Below are positions 11,118-20,500 of a stretch of 64,000 nucleotides of DNA, one piece after another. The position numbers were made by a program, and so were the translations under genes. Within the stretch, counting starts at the first letter, position 1, and each line of letters starts with the position of its first letter. The notes under the pieces were generated by a model. The model searched no databases and was not told where the DNA came from. It worked only from the letters and a program-made list of their open reading frames with translations. Origin of the DNA: an uncultured Planctomycetota bacterium (lineage in GTDB: Bacteria; Planctomycetota; Planctomycetia; Isosphaerales; Isosphaeraceae); NCBI GenBank assembly GCA_963823665.1, contig CAWGMQ010000005.1:1024001-1088000 (forward strand). The letters run 5' to 3'.

Positions 11118-11360
11118 ATGATTGACGAGATGACGCAAAACCAGCTCCGGGTTTCGACTGACGGGGTTGCCGGCCCCTACCTGATGTTACCCTTGGGCCA
11201 GCTCCGGCGCATCCGTGAGTTGCTCGACCGTCACGCGATCCGCTACTGGGTCGATTCCCAGGCAATCTCGCTAGACGGCAAGCCGGCAATTGTTGTGATC
11301 AATTTCGGCCGTGCCGGCGATGCAAGCCAGATACAGACCCTCCTCGACGAGACCGGCTGA
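11118..11360 (+). CDS. Hypothetical protein (about 80 aa)
   Basis: Compact ORF with globular composition (MIDEMTQNQLRV..QTLLDETG). Confidence 0.55.
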   Translation: MIDEMTQNQLRVSTDGVAGPYLMLPLGQLRRIRELLDRHAIRYWVDSQAISLDGKPAIVVINFGRAGDASQIQTLLDETG

Positions 11361-11696
11361 AAGCCGGGCGCTTCATGCCCTTGCCCGGCGAGATCCGCGA
11401 CTTGGCTAACCGAATCCTGGTTCGCCTCGATGAAGCCCGTGATATTTGTTGAATTGCTTCGCGTTGGTGCGGGAAGTCGTCGAGGCGATGGCGGCGGCGG
11501 CGATTCGAAGAGCAAGTGGTCCATCATCCTCTGGAAATTGATCTGCCCGGGATCCGACCAGGCAGCCCGCCAGCCGCAGCAAAACTGTATGCCGGCAACT
11601 TTTCCAAAGGTGCTGCGCCAGGGTGCCTGGCCGCGGCGACTGTAACTTGGTTGTAGGTCAACGGCCGATGCAATAACGCTGTAACCAGTTTGTTGG

Positions 11697-12044
11697 TCAC
11701 GTGCTCCCGGCATGTATACGAAGGCCGGGATGGGGATGGGCCGCTCGGAGGGGGTGGAAACCTATGCTCCAGGCGTGGCCCAACTCGAAGAAGTAGCCGA
11801 GGCATCGCACGAATTGGTCGAGATCATCCTGTAGTTTGATGCTCTCTGCATGATGGCTGTTCATGACGCGGTACAGCGCGCCCTCGAAGACCAGGACCAG
11901 GGCGGCGTCTGCCAGGTATTCCTCCTTCCGTGCGCTCCATTCGTCGCGTGTGTAAAACCGCGTGTCTCTGTCCAGTTCATGGTCGACCAGCCAGTCGTGG
12001 AGGCAGCGTTTGAGCGTCTCGATGGTTTGCTTTACGCGACTCAT
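11697..12044 (-). CDS. Hypothetical protein (gene Y of the repeated X-Y unit)
   Basis: ATGA overlap with the upstream repeated fragment. A truncated paralog lies at 31686-31870. Confidence 0.65.
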   Translation of the reverse strand: MSRVKQTIETLKRCLHDWLVDHELDRDTRFYTRDEWSARKEEYLADAALVLVFEGALYRVMNSHHAESIKLQDDLDQFVRCLGYFFELGHAWSIGFHPLRAAHPHPGLRIHAGST

Positions 12045-12300
12045 ATCGTGGTGGCGCCGGTGGACTGGAGTTCCTGGAGCCATGCTTCGAGGTCTTCGTC
12101 GGTTCCCAGGTCATCGAGGATATCGAATGGGCCGTCCCACTCTTCGACTTCGACGTAGAAGTTTGGCTCGTCGCCTGGGACTTCGTGGTAGAAGTGGCAA
12201 TGCTCGGCGTTGTGGGCGGGGTGGATTCAGACGAGTCAAAGGCCTGTCACGTTTCCGCGGCGGTCGACGATCGCTTTTGAGGGGATGCCGAACTCGATTG
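12041..12300 (-). repeat. Copy A of a dispersed gene-3'-end fragment (gene X)
   Basis: Encodes IHPAHNAEHCHFYHEVPGDEPNFYVEVEEWDGPFDILDDLGTDEDLEAWLQELQSTGATTI*. Other copies start at 31867, 32807 and 33930. Confidence 0.9.
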
Positions 12301-12780
12301 TCTTGCTGCTGGGTGTTTTCGGCGGGGCTCGAGGCGGCTTCTGGCAATCGACGGTTCGTATTCACGAGCAAAGCCGGTTGTCACTGGGATCGCGTGCGGA
12401 TGAGCCGAGTTTACCATTGGATTGGCATACCAACATGACATCATTATCGGACGTGGCGGAAGGGTGAACTAAGTCCTTTCCGACCTTAATGTACGTGAGA
12501 GGCCGGCATGCAGACACCGCGAAGCGCTAGAAACCAAGCTTGACGCCGCGAAGCGCCGCGGTCCGGAATAACTCGAAGTAGAGTCGAGGTGTGACGCGGT
12601 GGTTTTAGGCTCGGCCTATCTGTGTCCGGCCCTTTCGTTTGCCGGTGCCTCACTAGCCTCGCCATGCTCCGTTTTCACACCCCGCTCATCAAACCGGGCG
12701 TGCAGTTTTCCCGCACCCGGCTTTCGGACAAGGCTGTACCCCATATACTGCTTCACACGTTCGCACACGAACGATTGCCG

Positions 12781-13758
12781 CTACGTTCTTTGGAGCTGAT
12801 AGAGTCTCAGCTTCTGGTGCAGATGTTGGTCATGGAAGCGTTTCTTGCCATCACCCTGTACCTTGAACTTCACGCACAACCACTGACGCACCCGATAGCG
12901 GACGTGGCTGTTGACGTTCCGGTAGGCTTTGCTGACCGTCCCGATGCGAAAGTAGTTGGACCAACCCTTTAACTTGCTGTTGATCCTCCCCACTTGCGCT
13001 TCGACGTCCCGCCCAGCCATCTTTCGCGTCGTCAGCTCACCAATCTCGCGGCAAATCCGCTCGATCTTCTTCCGCGACGGGCGAGGTCCCAGGTAGGAGT
13101 CGCCCGTCCGGCAGTCGTAGTTCCGGCTAAGGGTGTAACCCAGAAAATCGAACGACTCATCCGGCAGGCGGCACAATCGCGTTTTCGTCTCGTTCACCGT
13201 CAGCTTCAGCCTGGACATCATTCCCCGCATCGCGGTCATGGCCTCTTCGGCCGTGCCTCGGCAGCAGATGACGAAGTCGTCGGCGTAGTTAACGATTTTC
13301 GCGGCAAGACGCTGTTCATGCCCTCCCGTCTTCCACCCCTTCACAAATCGTCGCATGTAGATGTTGGACAACAACGGGGAAATTGGAGAGCCCTGCGGCG
13401 TTCCCATCTCCTGATCCCTATTCCGGGTCGTCCGATGGCGATTCCCATAGTCGTCTGTCTCTTCCACCGGTGTTTCCAGCCACATCTTGATCAGCCGCAG
13501 CATGCGGCTGTCGCTGATCCGACGGGACACCGATTTCATTAACTCCGCATGGGGAATGCTATCAAAGTACCCCGATAGGTCCGCGTCTACCACCTCGGTA
13601 TGCCCCGCTCTGAGCAGCCGTTCCACTTGGCGAACGGCGTCCAAGGCACTTCGTTCCGGGCGGTAGGCGTGTTGCTCCGGCTCCAAGTCGGCCTCGAAAA
13701 TCGGCTCCAAGACCAACACCGCAGCCATCTGTGCCACGCGATCTTTTATGCATGGGAT
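12781..13758 (-). pseudogene. ltrA: Group II intron RT/maturase, C-terminal part
   Basis: IPCIKDRVAQ, DADLSGYFDSIPH, GTPQGSPISPLLSNIY, YADD, FDFLGY, GWSNYF (domain X). Confidence 0.93.
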
Positions 13759-14105
13759 GCCCACAGCGCACTACCCCTTCATCCAGACCGCCTTCCGGAT
13801 TTGTTACCATCACCCATCCGCATCATCCGCTTCGGGGCCAGCGTGTTGAGATCATCCGAATTCGCCGAGGGAACGATCCTGACCTCATTGTCGTGACCCC
13901 TGACGGGCGTCACACCGCCATCGCCCTGAGCAGCACAGACTACTCTTCACCCGCCGAGCGTCCTCCCGCCGTGACGGCTGAGCACCTGCTCGACCTCGAT
14001 GGTTTGCGTCGCGTCGTCCAACTGCTCGATCGTCTAGCCCAACCGGAACTCGCGCCGTCAACCACTGGCGATCGCATCCAGACGAAATCGTCCGGACCGC
14101 GGTAG
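13752..14105 (+). CDS. DUF5372 (Y4bD/Y4pK)-like small protein whose 5' end spans the left junction
   Basis: FVTITHPHHPLRGQRVEII..PDGRHTAIALSSTDY..LLDLDGLRRVVQL; family recognised by eye. Confidence 0.7.
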   Translation: MGCPQRTTPSSRPPSGFVTITHPHHPLRGQRVEIIRIRRGNDPDLIVVTPDGRHTAIALSSTDYSSPAERPPAVTAEHLLDLDGLRRVVQLLDRLAQPELAPSTTGDRIQTKSSGPR

Positions 14106-14157
14106 CATCACCCCACCAGCCCCGCACGTCGGGTTTCTGGATTAAGGAGATGCTTCT

Positions 14158-14442
14158 ATGAGCGTACGGATTGCGCACAAAGGGACCTCCGTCCCGCCCA
14201 CTCAGGTCTGGTCCGGTCTCACCGCAGAACGCCAGGCCCTTGTCATTCAGTTCCTGGCGCGTCTCGCGTCCAACCTCGTTACTGAAGATTCAATTCCAAC
14301 CCCCCGGAGCTCTGCCGATGATTCAGTCTCTTGCCCCAAAGATTCGGTCGGATCATCTCGACCGTCTAGCGCAGATCTACGTCCGCCAATCCACCATGAT
14401 TCAGGTGCGCGAAAACACCGCCAGCGGCGCCCGGCAATATGA
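14158..14442 (+). CDS. Small hypothetical protein of the recombinase element
   Basis: AAGGAG SD upstream; VWSGLTAERQALVIQFLARL; overlaps the recombinase start. Confidence 0.5.
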   Translation: MSVRIAHKGTSVPPTQVWSGLTAERQALVIQFLARLASNLVTEDSIPTPRSSADDSVSCPKDSVGSSRPSSADLRPPIHHDSGARKHRQRRPAI

Positions 14443-16416
14443 CCTGGCCAATCGCGCGGCGAACTGGGATGGCCCCTGGAGCGAATCCAGGTTATCGATC
14501 AAGATCAGGGGCACTCGGGAACGTCGTCGGCCGATCGCGACGGTTTTCAGCACCTGGTCGCGCAAGTTGGCCTGGGCCGGACCGGGGCTGTCTTGAGCCT
14601 CGAAGCCTCCCGCCTGGCACGATCTTGCAGTGATTGGTATCGTCTCATCGAGATTTGTGCCCTAACTAACACATTGGTCATCGACGAGGACGGGGTTTAC
14701 GACCCCACTCAATACTCCGACCGGCTTCTCCTGGGATTCCTGGGAACCATGAGCGAGGCCGAACTCCACTTGCTCCGTTGCCGCCTTCTGGGCGGCAAAT
14801 TGAAGAAGGCATCCGATGGCCAACTTCGGTTCCGGCCGCCTACGGGGCTGGTCTACGATCTTGAGCGCCGGATCGTTTTCGATTCCGACGAACAGGTCCA
14901 GCTGGCAGTCCGGCTGGTCTTCGATCTGTTCGACCAGTCGCCTTCGGCTTTGGCCGTCGTCAAACACTTCGCTGATCATCACCTCCAGTGCCCCACGCGG
15001 CTCTGGGGTGGCAGCCGACACGGTGAAGTCATTTGGAGACCGCTGAGCAATGGCCGTGTCCTGGACATCCTGCATAACCCCGAGTACGCGGGCGCCTATG
15101 TCAATGGCCGCACAAAGACTCGCCTTGTGTGCCTGCCTGGTGAAGAGCCGAGGGTTAAGGGCCGAACACGTCGAGTCCGGCCCGAGGACTGGCCATTCCT
15201 CATCCCCGGGCACCATCCCGGGTACATCACCTGGGATCAGTTCCAGCGGAACCAACAGCGGCTTGACGACAACCGGACGTTACCCGATCAAGATCGCCGT
15301 GGAGCGCTGCGAGAAGGCCTCGCCTTGCTCCAGGGAATCGTTCGGTGTGGACGATGCGGACGGCGGATGTCCGTCCGTTACCTCAATAATGCTTCAGTAC
15401 CATCATACGAGTGTAACTCATACCACACTCATTTCGCGGGCAAAACCTGCCAGTCGATCCGCGGTGATGGGGTCGACGCAGCGGTTGCGCGTGCCCTCCT
15501 GGAAGCCATGCGGCCAGCGCAGCTCGAGGTTTCGATGGCGGCCTTCGATCAGGTTGCGGCACAGGCACGCCAGCTCGATCGTCAATGGCAATTGACCCTG
15601 GAACGCGCTCGCTACGAGGCCGAGCTGGCCCGGCGCCGGTTCGTCTCCGTGGAACCGGAGAACCGATTGGTGGCTCGGACGCTGGAACGGGAGTGGAACG
15701 AAAGGTTAGCCGAGATCGAACGTATGGAACGAGATCAAACGCTCCGCCCTCAATTAGCCAGTCGGCTGGTCGATCCAGAGGAGCGATGCCGGGTGCTGGC
15801 ATTAGCTCAAGATCTCTCGAAAGTCTGGCATGCCCCGACAACGCCTCAGACGGCCCGCAAACAATTACTGGGATATTTGATCAAGGATGTGACTCTCTCT
15901 CGAGGAGAGACGCTAGTCCAAGTAGCCATCCGGTGGCAGACTGAGGCTTGCACCGAGCTCGAGGTTCCTCGCCCCAAGCGATCTTACGAGATGCGTCGGA
16001 CTGACCCGGTGGTCGTTGATCGGATCAAGGCCCTAGCGATGGAACACACCGACCGCCAGATCGCCGCGCTGCTGGATCAGGAGGGTTTCCGATCAGGCAC
16101 TGGAAGTCGATTTACTCGACACATCGTTGCACAACTTCGATATAGTTATTCAATTATGAGCTTATGTCCCGAGGCACCGGCGGCGTGCGCCGAGGTTTAC
16201 CGGGCGGATGGACGACGTTCCGCGAAGACCGCCGCGGAATTGCTCAACGTGAATGTGTCCACAATTGCGGAATGGTGCCAGTCGGGCACTCTGGATGGGA
16301 TCCAGTCCGCCCCTTACGCTCCATGGTGGATCAAGCTCACGCCGGGGATCATCGCTGGCTTGCGTAAGCCAACCCGGCGCACTTGGTCTCGGCGATCGGT
16401 TTCGTCAGAGAAATAG
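14318..16416 (+). CDS. Large serine recombinase (resolvase, recombinase, Zn-ribbon, coiled coil), 1-nt frameshift near 14460
   Basis: IYVRQST (catalytic Ser), then in the next frame LGW..IDQDQGHSG, LEASRLAR, PPTGL, HNPEYAGAY, LLQGIVRCGRCGRRM. Confidence 0.9.
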
Positions 16417-16492
16417 GGCCCAGTATTGGGCGAGACCTTCTTCGATCAATCCCCAATGCCGTTGGAAAGAGGTGCAGTATGAACGACAGATC

Positions 16493-16818
16493 GGGATTCC
16501 GAGCGGCCTTTGCTTGCCATCCCCTTTCGGGATGAACACTCGCCGGACCGGCCGGGGACGATACGTTCCGTTCCTGAGTTCTTCCGTCAGTTCGTCCAAC
16601 CACTGGTCTCGTCCGTACTCCTCGATGTCCGCAAAGCTCTGGCGGTCGACCCCCGGAGCACCGCGATTATTGCGGCACCGGAAGAAGGCCCACTCCAAGA
16701 TGTCTCTGCGATGCACCTTGTCGTACAACGCGTAGAACCGATAGTCAGGCGAGTTCTTCGCTTTGGTGTGCAACGCCGTCTGTAACTTCCCAACCGTAAT
16801 TGGAGGTAATAGGCTCAC
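16493..16818 (-). pseudogene. ltrA: Group II intron RT/maturase, N-terminal part
   Basis: GTG start with GGAG SD; YRFYALYDKV, NRGAPGVD, YRPRPVRRVFIPKGDGKQRPLGIP. Confidence 0.92.
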
Positions 16819-17380
16819 GCCAATCTCCTGGATGTCAGTCGCGTATGACGTTGACCTTGAACCAAGGCCCCTTCCCTCCACCGACGTTACTCGGCTTCGC
16901 AGGTACTACGGACCTCTCCGCCACCCGATGCGGCCCGGCCTGTCCCTCACGGGCGTCCGGTTGAGGGTCACGCCCCTCACCGCATGGGTTTCCCGTGTTG
17001 CGTTAAAATCTCCGTTTACCGACATGCCGTCGTCATTACCCCGGTGGCCCGCTGGGCCTTGATCGCTCGTGGGACGGCCTATTCCAACCGTTTCCCTGTA
17101 CCCAGCGGCTGCGGCCTTCCCCATCCTATTGCAAGGTCGGCGTCCACATTGGTCGTTTCGAGGCCTGCTCAACGTTCACTGGCTATTACGGCCTGTCGGC
17201 TCGCCGAGTCGCCTAGAGCGACCCGTCTGTCTCGAAGGCTCCGACGGTTTCGTTTCCTCCCCTCGTCGCTTCGATAGCTACCGGCTGGAGCGACCCAGAT
17301 GCCGGGTGGGATTTGCACCCACTGAAGACCAACACCTTCAACACGGCGCACAATAGGTCTGACCCCGGACATTATGTCGC

Positions 17381-17434
17381 GCAAATCCGGATCTGTGGGG
17401 GACCTGGGTGGGCGACCACCCAGGTCTACCCGGC
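17381..17434 (+). other. Remnant of a second group II intron 3' end (half of DV plus DVI), opposite orientation
   Basis: TCCGGATCTGTGGGG, then the hairpin GACCTGGGTGG-GCGA-CCACCCAGGTC, then TACCCGGC. Confidence 0.6.
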
Positions 17435-17502
17435 CCGTGGACGAAGCCGCGGAGCGCGAAGCTTGACACCGCGAAGCGCCACGAATCCCACGGGATTTCC
17501 CT

Positions 17503-20500
17503 TTACGAATTGTTGGAAATGTATAGCGCAATGAAATCCTTGAGAATATCAGCCAGGTGACCAATATCTACTCCAAATTTCATGAGGGGGATTGTGACAG
17601 CGGTGAACGTTCCCTTCAGCTTCTGCGCGTCTCTGAACACAACTGCCACTTGCGCTTTCAGCGTGTCGATCTCCACAACTGCCACGCTGTTACTAAAGGT
17701 CATGCTTATGGTCCGATGGCCGGCAACCTCGGTTGCGCTCAGGAGAAGGTCTTGGGTAAGTCTTGCGAGATTCAGCCCGACGTCGGCGATAGTGACCAAG
17801 TCACTTGAGGTAGAGATCAGATTTAAACCCAGCTGAATCAAACGATTCCCCTTGTTGTAGAACTGAAATCCCTCGTCGTCACCCCGTGCGATCAAGTCGA
17901 GCCCGGTATAGCGCCATTTGAAGCCAGGAATGACCACATACTGGATCAACGTCTGAGCGATGGCGAGCGTGAGCAATTCTGGCCCAGCAGTTTGAGCGAC
18001 GCTGATGGTCGATTGGATCGTCAGCTCCACGGCGAGTTCGGCTAGGCTCGCCTGCCTCCCCGAGGGATCGACGAGATTGACGGGGTCGCCGTCCGCGTAG
18101 GCGTAGCTATTGGAGAAAATCCGGACTAGGCTGGCACCGTGGAGTGGGTCCACGCTCAAAAACCGCCCTGTTGCCGGGTCAAGGTAGCGAGCCCGTAAAT
18201 CGTCGAGGCCGGTCGTTTGGTCCTGGTACTCACCTTCGAACAAGTAACGTGTCACCGCGTTCCCCGAGTGCGCCAGGGTGTTACCGAACGCGTCATATAC
18301 ATAGCCGCCGATCACCTTCCCAGACGAATCGGTCAGCGCTCGTGTGCTGCCAAGTCCGTCGACTAAGAGGATCGTTCGCGCACCGCCCACTACCTGCGAA
18401 ATCGGTCCCGTGCCGATTCCGAAGACGGCCGAGGACGAGATCTGACCGCCGGGCGTGTACTCCTCGACGACCTGGGCGTAGGGAAGATTCGTATCGACGA
18501 GCTTGTTGGTCGTCTGGCCGTCGACTGTGGATTGAACGAGGTTACCATCGGCGTCGTAGCGATTGACCTCCTCTTGCGTCCCCGTGGAATTGGTGACCTT
18601 GGCGTCAATCAATTGGTTCTGAGAGTCCCATTCGTAGAGAACCTGATCGGTGGCGCTCGTGATCTGCGAGAGCGTGTTGCCGTTGTTGTCGTAGGTGTAC
18701 TTCGTGGTCTGGCTGCCGGTGGTCGAAGTTAGGAGGCGGTCGTTGGCGTCGTACGTGTAGTCCGTCGTGCCCTGGGTTGAGTCGACCATGGTCAGGCGGT
18801 TGCCGACGGGATCATAGGTATAGGATATGTCCTGGTTGCCGTTAACCGGGTCGGTGATGATCTCCTCGATTAAGCGGTCAAGGGCGTCGTAGTTGTACTG
18901 GTCGGTGCGGCCGTTGGCCTCGACGACGGAGTCGGTGCGGCCGTTGGCGGCTAGCGTGTACTTGTAACTGGCGATCACGCCGCTCGGGCCGTCGTCTTCG
19001 AGGTAGACCAAGCGGTTGAGCGAGTCGTACTGGCGGATCTCGGACGTATTGTTGGGGAACTGCGTCTTGACCAGGTTGCCGGCGGCATCATAGGTGTAGG
19101 TCGTCACTCCGCCCTGGGGGTCGGTCACGGTGGCCATCCGACCGAGGGCGTCGAAGGTGTAGGTCGTCGTGCCGGCCGGGATGGTGATGGAAGTGCGGTC
19201 GCCAGCGGCGTCGTAGGTGTACGTGATCGAGGTGCCGTCGGGGTCGGTCTTGGACAGGAGGCGGTCTAGGGCATCGTAGGTATAGGTTGTGGTTCCCCAG
19301 CCCGGCACCGTGTCGCTGGCTCGCTGGCCGGTCGCGGTGTAGGTGAAGGTCTCGGTGGTCCCGTCGGGCAGGTTCTCGGCGGTGAGCCGGCCGATCACGT
19401 CGTACTGGTAGGTGATCGTCGCCCCGTTGAAATCGGTCGTGCTCGCGACGTTGCCGTTGGCGTCGTACGTTGTCGTCGACTTCTGGCCCATTGGCAGGAT
19501 CGTGGCGATCTTCTGGCCCAGGCCGTCGTACTCATAGGTGGTCGTATGGCCGTTGGCGTCGGTCTGGGAGATCAGGTCGCCGGCCTCATCGTAGGCGTAC
19601 GAGGTCGTCTGGCCCAGGGCATCGACGACAGCCGTCAGATGGCCCAGTGCGTCGTACTGATCGTGCGTGGTCCGGCCAAGCTGGTCGGTCTCGGCAATCC
19701 CGCGGCCGACGGCGTCGTACGTGGTCGACGTGGTCGTGCCGTCGGCGTAGATCGTCTCGATGAGCTGCCCCGCGGCGTCGTAGACCGATTTTGTGGTGTG
19801 GCCCAACGGATCGGTGGTGGCGACGGCGTTCCCGGCGGCGTCGTACGCCGTGCTGGTCACATCGCCCAGGGCGTCGGTGACGGAGACCTGGCGTCCGTCG
19901 GCGTCATAGGCGAAGGTCGTCTTGTTGCCCAGCTCGTCGATCTGCGCGGTGACCTCGCCGTCGGCGTCGTAGACCGTGCTCGTGGACGTGCCGTCGGGGT
20001 TGATGGTCTTGACCAGTCGGCCCAGTGCATCGTACTGCATCGTTGTGACCCGACCCTCTTGATCGATCTGCGCGATCACGTTCCCGGCGGCGTCATATTC
20101 CGTCTTGGTCGAGGTTCCGTCAGGGTAGTCGGTCTCGATCAGCTCACCGCGCGCGTCATAGAGGTACTTCGTCACGTTTCCGAGCGCGTCAGTGTCGGAG
20201 ATCTTCAGGCCGTCGGCGTTAAACTGCGAGCTGGTGGTGTGCCCGTCGGCGTCGGTGACGGAAATCACGTTGCCATTGGCATCGTAGACCGTCTTTGTCA
20301 CCAGCGTCTGCACGCCGGAAGGAGTCGTGAGCAAGGAGGTCGAGGTGATCGGGTTGCCGCTGGAATCGTAGGTGGTCGTGGTGGTGTGGCCCAGGGCGTC
20401 GGTCGTGCTGATTACCTGGCCCTGGGAATCGTACTGAAACGCCGTGGTGTCGCCGATGGCGTCGGTGAGCGTGATCGGATTGCCCGAGATGTCGTAGGTC

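Larger units (their letters stand above)
13759..16497 (+). mobile_element. 2739-bp large serine recombinase element inserted in the intron RT gene
   Basis: GGGAT is present at both junctions (13754-13758 and 16493-16497). Removing 13759-16497 restores RPLGIPCIKDR in frame. Confidence 0.88.
12578..17351 (-). mobile_element. Group II intron (RT/maturase without En domain), interrupted by a recombinase element
   Basis: 5' GTGCG at 17351. Domain V AAGCCGGGTGCGGGAAAACTGCACGCCCGGTTTG near 12690-12725. Long domain VI ending CTCGACTCTAC at 12578. Confidence 0.88.
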
